Of a stretch of 64,000 bases of DNA, positions 36,727 through 50,210 are shown piece by piece. The stretch covers positions 17,846,213 through 17,910,212 of the forward strand of contig OZ234493.1 in NCBI GenBank assembly GCA_965153455.1. Reading direction: 5' to 3'. Position 1 is the stretch's first letter, and every line of letters begins with the position of its first letter. A model generated the notes under the pieces. It had not been told where the DNA came from, did no database searches, and saw only the letters and a program-made list of their open reading frames with translations. Both the position numbers and the translations under genes were made by a program. This stretch comes from Sphagnum compactum (taxonomy: Eukaryota).

Positions 36727-39619
36727 ATGACGCTCTTCTCGCTCCCTTTCTTCTGTTTCTGTGCTACTACTGCCACAACTCCGCTTCGCCATTCTTCTTC
36801 TTCTTCTTCCGTCGCTGCTGCTGCTGCCCCTGCTGTACCTTCTTCCTGCTGCTCTCACTTCCTTGACTTCCGCTCTCTCAATTTCTCCTCCATTTCTGGT
36901 AAGTTTCACTTCCTTCTCGGCCTGCCGGGCGTGAGTTGTTGTTGTTTACTGTGTTCTTCTCTGTTCTTTTCTTTTCTTTTTGTGTCTGTCTGGCCGATTT
37001 TGTTGCCACTCCGGAAATCCTTGTCAGACTAGTGTCGCATTCGTTGCATCGTGGTTTCTGTCTCTTGTTTCTTGCATCGACCGTGCAGTAGCTTTGGGCT
37101 TGGAATTTCTGCGTTTCTGTGTGTTCTCTGCTCTGAGCTTTGAATCCGGTGTTGATGAGAGATGCATGTACTACTTACTCAGGGATTTCGAGAAGATATG
37201 AGAACAGAATTCACCGCTGCCATCAGCAGTGGGATGATGATAATACTACGCCAAGAAGATTCACAAATGTCACAGTTGCAGCAGATCGCTCCTCCATAAA
37301 TGGCGCTCAATCTTCTGCCAGGCCCACTGGTACGAGGTATCCTTGCACAGCCTTTCTTCTTCTTCCTCTCCTTGATGCAACCCAATAATAGGGTAGTGCT
37401 ATGTGCTTGCTTGCTTGCTTGCTTGCTTCTGTGAAAGAAAGGGCAGGCAAAAAAATTCTCTCTTCTTTCTTCCTGTGTGTATGTGATATGCTTCTTGGGT
37501 CATCAACTGGATTGAATCCAATAAAGTTTTGAGGTTGTGGATGGTTGTTGCATGTGTATATAGTAGTGGACCCAATTTGGTCAAGAGATTTTCAGACAAG
37601 GATGAGAAGAAAACAATGGGAATCATGGGGAAAAACTAGAACTTGGGTGGTGCTTGAATTCTGTCTCACAAGTATAAGAAAAGGGGATGATGATGGATGG
37701 GTTAATGCAGGAAGGTAGTGGAGCATGTTGTGCTCTTCCAAATGAAGGAGGATTTTACTGATGAGCAAGAAAAAGACATGCTTGATCATCTCTTCACGCT
37801 GCAGTACCGCTTCCGAGGCATTCTTGCCATTTCTTTAGGTAGGTGCAGGTTTCTGAAAGCAACCCTTCAATTTTTCTTGAAATCAAAGTGCATGTCATTG
37901 TTCAACTAGAGACACTGTCTGTGCACATTATTGTGATTGTCAAGGTACTTGGAGCTTTTGCTGCATCCCTGAAATTCACCATTTTTATTCTTAAACCCTG
38001 GAACTGAAACAACAGAGGGCAATGAAAACACACAAGCCTTAAACCAGAAAAGAAAAGAAAACCTTGTTGCTGCCGATGATGGGTCCTGTGCATGACAAAA
38101 TTCTTTGCAGGTCGAGTGGTAGGAAGGACGCCAGAAGGTGTGACACATGCACTTTATGAGCGGTTTCCTTCCAAGGAAACTTTGGAGCAGTATATGCAGC
38201 ATCCTGCACGGTTGAAAGTTGCTGAAGAGCTCATCATTCCTTACTATAATGTATGTAATCAGAATTTTTCTTTCTCTCGATGGGCTGTTGTACAGATTTA
38301 ACCTAGCCATGTGTTTCACCTTTTGGGATTTTCAGTAGTGGCTTCAACTGTTTTGAACCCTACAAACATTTGTGCACTGGCCATAAGCCAAAGTTTGAGT
38401 TCTGGCTTGACCAGAGAAAATGGTACTAAGGGACATGCACATGTGGGGGGATCTACAGGGATTGATAATTGCAGACTTTGAAGCAGAAGTGGAAGATGCA
38501 ATTGAAACAATCTTCAGGCGTGGTGATGTAAGTCTTTATGAGCTTCTCAAGCACATCTTGTGATGCTGTTCACCACTATATCAGCTCCTCAACCTGCTTG
38601 GAAATTTTTTAAGCCACTGATGTTTATATGCTTTCAGCAATTTTGATGGAGTTTTGATGAAGTATCTCTTATACTGGGGAGAGGCAGAAAGTGGAAGAAG
38701 CCGAGAAGTGATGGAAGGTGGGATGGCAGGACTTTCAACAAGGAATCGAGCATGTGGTCTTTATTAGGGTGCGGGAAGGCACCAGCCAAGCAGGTGTCAG
38801 TAGAATGTTAGAAGCTTTTAACAACTTGCCGGATCAGCTTGAATCATCAATTCTTGTCCAACTTACTGCAGGTGAAGAGAAACTGCTTTCATTCATCTGG
38901 ATATAATTCTTGCCTAATCTGTGATCCATATCTGGCTTGATATGCAAAATGGCCTATACTGCACCTCTGCTTTTACTCTAATGATCACTGCCTGTACATG
39001 TGGAGCTCTGTTTAGATGCAACTGATCACTCTGACTATTTGGTACGGTACAGGGGCCAATTTTTCTGAGCGCAGTAATGGCTACACACATGCCATGGTAG
39101 CACGGCTACCATCAGGTTTGTTCAAGCTAAAACTATTGCAAATTTTGAAGTCTTTGGCAGATCAATATTCTGATGTTTGATAGGATCCCTTTTTCTAATT
39201 GGGCTCATTAAATTCTGAGGAAGGCTTGTTCAGTTTGTGCCGAAGCTTGTGCAGTACTTTTTATGCAAGAAAGGTCATGAAATTTGAGTCGAAGTTGTTT
39301 CTGAGATAATGGATCTTGTGGGTGCAGAAGAGGCACTGGACAGTTTCAGCAAGCATCCTGCATATGTTAGGGTAAGCTTCTCTGCATGTAGTACAAGATA
39401 ATTTAACCATGAGCAAAATGTTGATATCTCACATTTGAAACAGCCTGTGAATTGCTTTGTAATGATGGCAGTTGTTCATGTTGGTTTTAATGAGACTCAT
39501 GAAACAACTAGTGTTGTGATGAAAAACAGGTGTTTATTGAGAATGTGCTGCCAATTAGTTCAGGGATCCTATCAGCTGATTTTATGGTTGATCCTGTAAC
39601 AAAGTCAAATCCTTTGTAG
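36727..39619 (+). CDS. Stress-responsive A/B-barrel (Dabb) two-domain protein, ~333 aa, with putative plastid transit peptide
   Basis: Nine GT-AG exons: 36727-36898, 37183-37336, 37711-37838, 38111-38250, 38459-38527, 38730-38871, 39053-39115, 39328-39371, 39530-39619 (1002 nt, phases consistent). Motifs RKVVEHVVLFQMK..EQEKDMLDHLFTLQY, THALYERF..YMQHP, DFEAEVEDAIETIFRRGD, IEHVVF, GANFS..GYTHAMV and FSKHPAY. Ser/Ala-rich N-terminus. Confidence 0.9.
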
Positions 39620-40242
39620 AGAACAGGAGAAAATGATAACCAACTTGAGGATCTTTGTGGGAAGCATCTCCAGTAGTTTCAACAGTGACAGGTGTTTTGA
39701 TGAGAGAGAGTTAGCATTCTAGCCATTTGCTTCAATCACCCATTTTGAGCTTAGTGATTTATCCTAGCCAGATCTTCTCCTGATTAGTTAGTCTCATTCT
39801 TTGAAGAACCCTCCCATCCAGTGGAAAAGCGCAGCAACACAAAATGGAAGTATTCTTTGGATGGTCCTCTTCTCCAAACTCGGTGCAGGTGAGCAGCTAC
39901 CAACATCTCCTCTTTTGACATCTGTCTAAAAAGTAGGCTGATGATCATCGAAGTATCAAGACTCTCTGTCAAATTATAAAATTCCTTCAGTTTACTATGA
40001 ACTCCCAGATGCAGGGAGCTCCAGTGAGCTTGTTTGCTACTGATAATTCTATTCTAGAATGATCAACACTCGGAAATATGATGTGATGAAAACAAATTTC
40101 CCTGGGGTCCTTCATAGTGTTTTATTCCTGTTTCATAGTATTTCTTAGTTTTTTTTTACTATCAACAAATTGGACAAACCAAGAAGAAGAAGAATCATGC
40201 AAAGTTTGCAAACAGTAAACAACAGTAGGAGTGTTGCCCAAG

Positions 40243-40410
40243 AACGCTTCCTTCAAGGAGTCAAAAGGCCTTAGATGATGAACTAACGCTCCTTTCAAGG
40301 AGTCAAAAAAAGGCATTAGATGATGAACTAACGCTTCTTTCAAGGAGTCAAAAGGCCTTAGATGATGAACTAATGCTTCCTTGAAGGAGTCAAAAGGCCT
40401 TAGATGATGA
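40243..40410 (+). repeat. 42-bp minisatellite, 4 copies
   Basis: AACGCTTCCTTCAAGGAGTCAAAAGGCCTTAGATGATGAACT repeated four times; copy 2 has 3 extra A. Confidence 0.95.
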
Positions 40411-40494
40411 TTAGTTAGGAAATGTAGGTTGGCATATTGGTTTTGGTATATGTACAAAATCACATCGAGATCTTTCAAACCACAATGCCTCTTG

Positions 40495-40857
40495 TTGCGC
40501 TCTTGACACTATTAGAGAGCCCCCATCGAGTGAGGACATATCAAGTTGGTTTCATAACGTTTTGTCCTACAATGGAGAAATTATCAGATATTGAACATTT
40601 TTTTCACTGAAAATGAATTTAAATCAGTAATTAAAACTAAAGGAGCATTTAGGTGCACTCTTGGTATGTTGGAAAGCCCTCCATGAGTAGGATTTAATGA
40701 AGGTGGTTTAGAAATTTTTAGACCTAAGGTGTGAGAGATATTGAATTTTGAGTAGTTTTTGTCATTTGAAATTTAATTAAATTAAAAACCGATTTTGGAA
40801 TGAAAAGTAGTTGAATAACCAATGCGCACTTGAGCCTATGACACAAGCTACACTAGT
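40495..40857 (+). mobile_element. Non-autonomous repeat with a possible Helitron-like 3' end
   Basis: Second copy at 33130-33470. Ends GAGCCTATGACACAAGCTACA-CTAG-T (CTAG at 40853-40856 followed by T). The subterminal hairpin is weak, so the Helitron assignment is tentative. Confidence 0.45.
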
Positions 40858-42048
40858 TGAAGTGAAATATGAAATTGAAATTGTAATGTGAAATAATGTC
40901 CTTCCACAATCAAACTATTTGGGCAATAAGCTACATGTAGATTACATTATGCAAGTTGAAGTCTTATGAATATAAATTTATATCCAGCATGTAATTGGGA
41001 ATTTATATTTTTATTTGGACTCCATGTTGCTATGCGCTATCGGTGACAATTTTCCTTCTTACTATGTTTCCATCATGATGTCCTAATTTATCCTACTTCG
41101 GGCATGTTTATACCATTGCCTAACTTAATTCACATGTTTCCAAAGCTATAAAAACCTCGTAGAAATTGTGTAGTGTATGTGGAAGGCACTGTATCGAAAA
41201 AGCAGGGGCATAGTAAGTTTTTGTTACCCATTGATATGCATCAAATGACACAAGAAATCAGTTGCACACATAAACCAAATTACTCCACATCTGCATCCCA
41301 CCAATTGTGGATTTTTACAAACTGAAAGTAAAGTTAATCTTGATTCTATAAATCAAGATGGCAATGGATCTACAGGGGTCAGGACACTTCGACTTCACTC
41401 TCTTGAGCATCAGAAGTTCTCCCTAACACCCAAAGCAAAATAACACACTTTGCTGAAACATAAAACCCCAATGCAACACTTAAATAAGCACAACACCAAA
41501 TGCCTACTCTGAGATGCCCAAACATAAAACCGTGATGCAACAAAACCCCATCAATTTCAATTGACAAGTGATGAGACTTAAGATGGAAATGGCAGGTCTT
41601 TAGTATTCAGCAGATAAACCCCAAGAAGTTTTACAAATGCAGTCCGCTACCCCAGACTTATAATGCCCAAACATGATCCCAGATGTAGAAATCAAGACAT
41701 GCATTCGGAAGTCCCAATTTTCTAGGTACTCTCTTCCCTAATCACAAAACCCAAACCATCCCAAAATAGTCCACACACAAATTGATTTCTTTGCCAAGGT
41801 CGCTCACAAAATCCCTAATGTTCCTCATCATTCTCTTGATCATGGATCCATAATTGTGGTTCAAGTAACAAGCATAACCTCAGTATAGAAGAACCCTACA
41901 ATGCCCACAATATGGGCATTCATCCCTCAAAACACAAACTGATCACCTTCCTCAACATTGAAACATTCCAAAATAAAATACTTAGCTCTGCCTACAAACT
42001 CTCGATGTCCTTCCTCTTATTCCTTCATCGCACACTCGCCTTCATTGA

Positions 42049-42570
<522 letters not shown>

Positions 42571-45500
42571 TAAACACCACACAAAGCTCGAGCACCGCCC
42601 ATCATAAACAGCATCATGCTCATAACCTGCAACCAAACAAACAATTACAAAAACAGAAACACACAACACCCAACGCCCCCATCGACATCGACTATCGGAA
42701 GCTTATCGTATTAGCCTTCAGCTTTCGGCAGTTGATGTTACAACATCATCCATTTAGGTTTACATTCAGAGATTTTTCATCGCAGCACCTTATATAACAA
42801 GTAGTATTATTGCCTCCACCTTGCAACCAGTGTGAATGGTAGAAATATTCACCCTTTAATTCATTGCAAACTAATAACAATACAAATTAATTTACATTTT
42901 TTGAAACCAATTTAACATATGTCAATATTGGTCTTATCAATATATGTTAATGCAAATGGAACAACACAATTGAGAAAGCTCAAAATTTGTTTATTCATTT
43001 ATTTACTTGGGAAAAAAAAACTCAGCTTCTACATAAAGTAGAACATATTTTCAACTCAAGAAAAATTCAGTGACGAATTACATCATGAAAAAAAAAATTG
43101 GTAATCAATTGCATAATGCGGGTGGTAAAAAAATCTACTATGTTTTGGGACACAATCAGGGACATAAAGAACATCCGTGAGGACTAAGGGACTTTCCAAG
43201 GGCAACCCTTAACCCTAACGTTGTACTCCCATCACTAATGGGTAAGAGCTTCCTATTACAACCCCTTACTAATACCTACCAATCAAGTTCTTGCCAAACC
43301 AAGACTTTGAGCAAGTAAGGTGTCATCCCTAAACAAATGACCATATGAAGGCACATGAGTGTTGCCCATATAATGAAAATAAGATTATACCACATGTGTA
43401 TATATTTTATGATATCAATTTTGATGCCCATGAAAACCTCACATATGTGCCCAACTATGGTCAAAATTCAAAACATATTAGAAATTTTCAAGTGTATGTG
43501 GAGTTAACATTACATAACGGAATAGAGTTCTAATTATTTCCCTTTTTGCATTGATAAATATGAAAATTTGATTAATATAAAGCAAGTGATTATTTAAATG
43601 TTGTCAAATGGGCCAACCATTAGGGCCCAGACCAATTCAAACCAAGCCTTTTCTCTCGTTGGCCCTTTGGGAGATCATAAAGCACTTGAAGGTTTTTCAC
43701 TTTGCACCCACTTGGAAGGGTAAATCTCAATTTCATGTTATTAAAGGGTTATATCATCATACAAGGGTAGCTTCAACACATGCCTATCAAAATTTCCATT
43801 TCAAAAATTAATATATTCCTAAATATTTCAAAAAAATTTTATTTTTTTTCAAATTTTCTTTTTCTTTGAAAAAATATTTTTTGAAAATTTCAAAATGGCT
43901 TATGTTTAGGTTTAACCTAGGTGCCTAGGTTTAGACCTAACCTATGCTTAGGCACCATGTAGCCTAAACTACTGATGTGGATGTGCCACGTGTCATTTAA
44001 TTATTTGTTGACCCCACATTTTATGAATGTGCTAAGTGTCAACATTGTGAGTGTGCCACATGTTACCAAACCATTGGTCAAATGTTCAATTTACATAGTT
44101 GCAACATAGTCGAAATGTTCAACTTACATAGTTGTAACCTAGTTGAAATTGTAATTATATTTTTGGCTGATGTCATGCTTAGTTAGCAGATGAAGTTCAT
44201 CCATTAATTGAATGTATGCGGACAACATCCCTCGACTATATTGGTAGAGCAATTTCAATTAAATTGGCAAGTAATGGCATGTAATGGCTATTATTGTGGT
44301 GTTGACACGTGGCATACACTTTTGACTATAATTTCACTCTCAACTTGTACTTTTTGACATTATTGGTTAGTAGTTGCAAAAAATATTTCTTAATTGTAAA
44401 AAATTAATTGCAATTATATATGTAGTTTTCGACTTTGTTTATAGTTGAACAATAGTTGAAAACATAGTTGCAAAAGGGGGGGTTTTCTACTAATAAAACT
44501 ATTTAGCTGTGGATTGATGTTGCAAATTGGGACTAAGGAAAACAAAAGTTTTACTATTATAGTCATTTGATTTGTGTTGACAAAAGGACTCAATTCAGGA
44601 CTAATAGCTTTTATAGCATGCCAAATTCAAGGACAAGGAGTCTAAAAGGACATGAAAGGACTTGGAGAAGGACTATCAGCTTAGACCCAACTGCATTATA
44701 CAAAGGGTAAGCAAGGTTTTAGGATTATGGATTTTAACATAAAGACTCAACTTAGGATTGATAATCTTTAAAACACATGCTAAATTTAAGAATTGCAATA
44801 TTTTTTCAAATTTAACCATACTCTTTAAAGATGTAATATAATTGGGATTCCTTTGAGCTAGATTATAATTGAATGAATATTGTTGTGTGCAGTAATTACT
44901 CACAATAAACTATGTAATAAGTTCTATATATCCTATTGGTTGGTCATGATCTAGGTCTTAATCAACTAGTAAAATTGTGATCCATGGATTTATGGATGTG
45001 ACTACTATTTAATTACATTCAGGATTTGAAAGATGGTTCCAATCATTTACTTCCAATGTAAGTTGCCAATGATCTTATATAGAAGAAATTTGGGCTCGGG
45101 CACAAAGGGAAAAAATTAAACTAAAGCTTATTGTGTTTTTTGGAAAGATTCCTAAAATTCTTGAAAGGGATTTTAATGTGGAAGGTAATTGTCAAGAGAA
45201 GATTGTTGACTTGGTGATTTTGGACCAAATTATGTGAAATTGATTCACAACCTCATTTGTTTCATTTTTTTGAATGATTTATTGGGCTTTAATTTTATGA
45301 TTATTTATGTCTAGATAAATCTCCAGGTCAATACATGGATCCAAGACGACACCTCCAAATAGCCATCATATTTTGATGTCATATATGTAAATTATCCATA
45401 TGGTATATGTTACATTGTACATATACACTAACCCATGTAAATTGTGATACATGTATCCATATACGACACATGTGTATCCAGATGACATGTTTACGTATTA

Positions 45501-46116
45501 TCCATATATGATTAGCTTTTAGGGTTGGTTTTAGCCATGTGGTGACTACTCTATTCACACATCCAAATATATTTACATTAATATATATCTATTGTACAAG
45601 TATTGTACTTTGGTGGCAAGGCCCATGTGTTGTTATATCCAACTTCATATTTAAGGCACCCAAGTAGATTCTTTTAGGTTTCATTTAAGTGTAAATGCTA
45701 GGTACCAGCAAGAGACATAAGCACTGGCCCAAGAAACATGTGATGAAATTGTTGGGTTTGTAATGCAGGTGACATTATTATTCAATTATTAAGGTAATTA
45801 TACCCACCATTAATCTAATTAGGACTACATGCAATCATGCATGTCAATGGAGGACAACATTTACTGGCATGCATGTCTTTTCCTTCAGTTTGCCACCAAT
45901 TATGTATATGATTTAGGGTTATCAATCTCTTTCTTTTTGCATATGTTTGTTTACCATAGATTGTCTTTATATCTGGACTGCAAGTTGTTTGCACCAATTG
46001 CCTTTTCTTTCTTTGAAAACCTAGATTCTTGTTGGATTTCATTGCACATTTGAACTTTGAGCATAATTTGTGCAGTTAGCAAGTAGATTTACACTTTCAG
46101 TTGCAGATTAGGAAAC

Positions 46117-47300
46117 ATGGTGCAAGAGTTAGTTGAAGGCACTATTGAGTGGTTCAAGAAGAAAATTAAGCTTCATGCTGGAGGACTAGATATCAAGAAG
46201 GAGTTTATTGATGAGCAAGTTTCTGTTGCAAACTTGGAGTGCTTATGGGGACAAAAGAAATCAAGGAATAAGTTCAAGGTGAACAACTGCATTGACCCAA
46301 ATTTGGTAGCTAGAATCCAAGAGCTTTGGCCACTTGTTTATCAGAAAGAAAAAATCACAAATGGTTCAATTTTTCTTTCTTTTGCTAAGGGAGTTTTAGC
46401 AAAGAAGAACGAATTTAAGGTGAATTGGGTTTGTTATGCCTCCCAAGCACAAGGCATGGGAGGAAGAGGGCACAAAAAATTAACTATTGACAATGTTAAA
46501 ATATTGAAGAAATAGTCACCAATGGTAGAGGTCATGGCATCTACAAATGTAGCAGCAAAGTTGCCAAATGTTGTTATAGGTTCTGGTGTATTCACAACTC
46601 CAATGGCTTTTGAGGAAATAAATGTCAAGAAAGTATTTGCTGCTTAGGCCCAGAAAGTGGCAACTATCAAGGCAAAGCTCAATGACTTGAAAAATGAGAA
46701 AACTAAATTGTCGTCTTCAATCAAGTTATAGTTTAAGAAGGTTGAGTTGTGCAAGGAAGACTTGCAAAATATGTTGTATGGGGTAGGTGGTATGACAAAA
46801 ACATTCCAGGTAGTAAAGAATGCACTAACAGATGTGTGAGACAAAGCAAGCTCAAAAGTTAGGCAGATTGCAGGGTCTGAAGGAGCGCATGGAATGGACA
46901 GAATTATGGCTGATTGGGATGTCCAAGAGGCTTAGTATCATAAGGCAAAAACATGCCTTGAGTGACCACATGGATTTGTCATGAAGGCAAAGTTACTTGC
47001 TAATGAAGAAAAAGAAGTTGCAACAATGTTATCCAAGTTTTATCCTCTTGAGTCCCAAATTTTGTTGCTAACTAAGAGTCTAGAGGAGGCTAAAAATAAT
47101 CAATTACGCTTGAAGGAATTTTTGGTTGCACGAGAAGTGACCCAATCATCCTAAACCAACAAGGCACCCAACAACAAGGACATTAGAGTTTACTACTTTA
47201 ATAATAAGTCTTGACCCATGCCCAATTTGTAAAAGTTACTATGTTAACCATGAATTTGTGGTGGTCTGATACATGCACAAAGGTATCATGTGGTAAACAT
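46117..47300 (+). pseudogene. Disrupted ORF of unknown, probably transposon-associated protein (VNW motif, coiled-coil, Cys/His-rich C-terminus)
   Basis: The 132-aa ORF (..CIDPNLVARIQELWPLVYQK..FAKGVLAKK..VNWVCYA) continues in frame past stops into a heptad-like segment (KVATIKAKLNDLKNEKTKL). PCPICKSYYVNHEFVV follows at ~47216. Confidence 0.45.
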
Positions 47301-47869
47301 TTGGATCATTAGTGGTGCATCAATATGGGCTACAAGTTGTTGGGTGCAGAAGATCAACACCAATTTGATGAACAGATTGTGTCAAGAGGTACCTTTCCTA
47401 CATCCTACCTACGGGTGTTTTGGATACATTTCATTATGTGTTGGAATATTGTTTGTAACTTGATTAGATCATTGTGTTTGTGTTTAATGATGTAGAGGCA
47501 GATTCAACAAGTTTGGTTTCTATTTGGTGTTAGCATATATCCCTGACAACGCTGCCCATGAAAAGCCAATTTTACCAAGACAAAGGATGTCTAAGAAGAG
47601 GAATTTTTTTGTAGATTTTAGTTCATGAAACTGATGTGATAAGGTGACTTTTACATGATTTTAGGACCCATCTATGGAGTTTTTTTTTGAATGCACAGTA
47701 ATAGGAAGGTTGCCATTGGAGGAGAATAGTCTAACTCTAGCTCTCAGGGTTTTGTGTGTATACAAGAGCTACTACATCATCTAGTTTTGTATAATTTTGG
47801 GGGACAGTTCAGTACATTGTAAAAGACTCATTGTAACGCATGAATTCCTCATCATGTGTGCAAGAGGAT

Positions 47870-48690
47870 GATAACAAAATGTTTAACATAAATTCCATTT
47901 AATATGTGAACAACTTGAAGAGGAGCAAATCCTCAATTTTGAACACTTTTCTACTGTAACCTAAGATGAAGCTGTCACTGTGGTTGGATCATTAGTACAG
48001 GTACTTGAAAAAGGAAGGCATGTTCAAGAACAAATTAGTAGAAGCGACTGTGAGGCTAATGTTTTATGGCATTAGCATCATTGACACGTATGCCAAATCC
48101 AGGATGATCATAGATGATGTTTGTAGAGTGTTTGACAGGATGCATGCACACACAATGTAATTTTGGAGTACCATGATTAAGTGAATTATGAAATGTGGGT
48201 AAAGGTAGAAGGTATTGCAACTATATCAGGAAATTGAATGTTAAGGGCTGCACCCAAGTTCCTACCCCAATCATTTTTTTCTAGGTTTTGAAGACCTATG
48301 CCACTGTATTAGCTTAATACCCAAGTAGGCACACAAGCTTGAAGATGCATGTCCATGAACAGAACATTCTACATCATTCATGTGAGTCAAATGCATTTGT
48401 GGTCATTGGCATCTATCCAAATGTGGGAGCTCAACACCCTAAATGCTTGAATTTACAGTTTCAGTTTGTAATATTTCCTAATAATGCTCTTAAACTTTTT
48501 GGGTGATTTGGCCCCTTGTAGCAGGCTACTGAGTTGATCACGAAATGCCCTATGAAGCATATCCTTATGTGTGGATGGCCTTGCTGGGTGGTTGCAGACT
48601 TCATGGTAACATGGGGTTGGGAGAGGCCTGTGCAGGAGATGTTGTGTGTTATGTCATCTACACTATTGTTAGCAAGTGGGACCTCAGTAG
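47870..48690 (+). pseudogene. PLS-class PPR (E-domain) gene relic
   Basis: VLEKGRHVQEQISRSDCEANV, SIIDTYAK..CRVFDRM and MPYEAYPYVWMALLGGCRLHGNMGLGEACA (typical 'MP..P...VW.ALL.ACR.HGN' motif); multiply disrupted. Confidence 0.75.
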
Positions 48691-49559
48691 AATTGTTGAA
48701 GAGGCTTGGAATAGGTGTGAAAAAGTGACTATGTTGGTGCCTTATTACAACTTGTGGCAGCTTGTCTTATGCTCTAACTCTTCTATGCTTACATTTCACC
48801 ACTTTAGTGGCCTTCTAGACTTGAGGTTGAACCTAAAGCATCAAGAAACAATGAGAATTTAAACACTAGAGATGGGGTGGATCTACTTGATCCTTTTCAT
48901 TGCAGTGCAAATGCACCTGGTTGTGCATGGAGAATATAGGATTTTCATACCTTCCATGACCAAAATGTGAATAAATTTATGCATGTTTGACTAGTGATCA
49001 CAAAACTTAATTTGATGTAGCTGAACAGATCACAACCACTAACTGATCAACATAGCTTCCAAGATTCAGTTTGTTGTTAAACATGGTCCTTTGTCTGCCA
49101 ATGTGAAGAGCTTCAAATTAGCAGCACTTCAAATGTAAGCAATTTAGAAAATCTTCCCTATGCAAACCACAATTGCTTCTAATGGCAAACCCTAATAATT
49201 TCATCTCTCATAAGATGATCTAATTACTGGGGTCTACCATTACTACTAACCTACATATCTTCAAAATGGTGTGTGATGGTGGTAACAACCTTGCAATAAG
49301 GCAAGTTTGAACTAAAATGTTTGTTGTGGTGATAGCTATATAAGAATATTGGGCTTAAAAAGTTAAGGAGTAATACAAAGAACACAACATGAAAGCACCA
49401 AGCAATAAGTGCCACAAAATTGAGAGTGGCAAATGGTGCAAAAAATCATTTAGCTGAGAGAGAGTAGATCGACCCATCAGAAGTAGGACATAAACCATTT
49501 GTTAAGAGCTAATTGTTGGGAGGGAATAGACCCAAGACTTGGATTTTAGCAGGATGAAG

Positions 49560-50210
49560 AAGTTCTATTCAAGAAGTTTTGAAGGTCCATTAGAAGGTGG
49601 ATTGGTCACACACAGCATTGCCAGTTGCAACGTAGTCATAAGCTCCTCTTCTGATGGTGCATATGGACCCTTGAGTAGTTCCAGATCAAATACCTCCATT
49701 GTCCTTTACAATCCCTGCTACATAGTCTGGTAGATCTAGAGCACCTTCTGTTGCACTAACATCCGCTGGCATTTCCCTATAGACACCAAATGAGGAGATG
49801 AAAAGCTCAGTGAAAATTTTAGACATGGAAACACATGCCATATATTTTCATGATCAAGCTCTGCAAGATATGGCACAAGAGGAGGGTTCTTTCTTTCAAA
49901 TGGTTGTAACAACTATATTAGAAGTACATATGATGTACCTATTAGCAACTCCAACAACACAATGCCAAAACCCTAAACATCTAATTTGGTACTGGGCTTT
50001 TTGGATTTGTCAAGCTCTAAAGCTTGATAGCCCATAAAGCCAATAGTGGGCAATGAGGACATTAGAGATGGTACCATGTGTCATGAGGCATGCTAGTCCG
50101 TAGTCAGAGACTTGTGCACTAATAATCAGATATGCTAAAGGATTGAGCTTGCATTCACCCACATCCCCAATGCAATAATGTTTAGCCATAGTAAATTGCC
50201 TGACTTAAGA
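49560..50210 (-). pseudogene. Receptor-like kinase (LRR-III/IMK2-like) kinase-domain relic
   Basis: Minus-strand pieces SAQVSDYGLACLMTHGTISNVL, GYQALELDKSKKPSTKLDV, SSFGV, DVSATEGALDLPDYVAGIVK and TMEVFDLELLKGPYAPSEEELMTTLQLAMLCV cover subdomains VII-XI, with frameshifts and an ~180-bp interruption. Confidence 0.75.
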
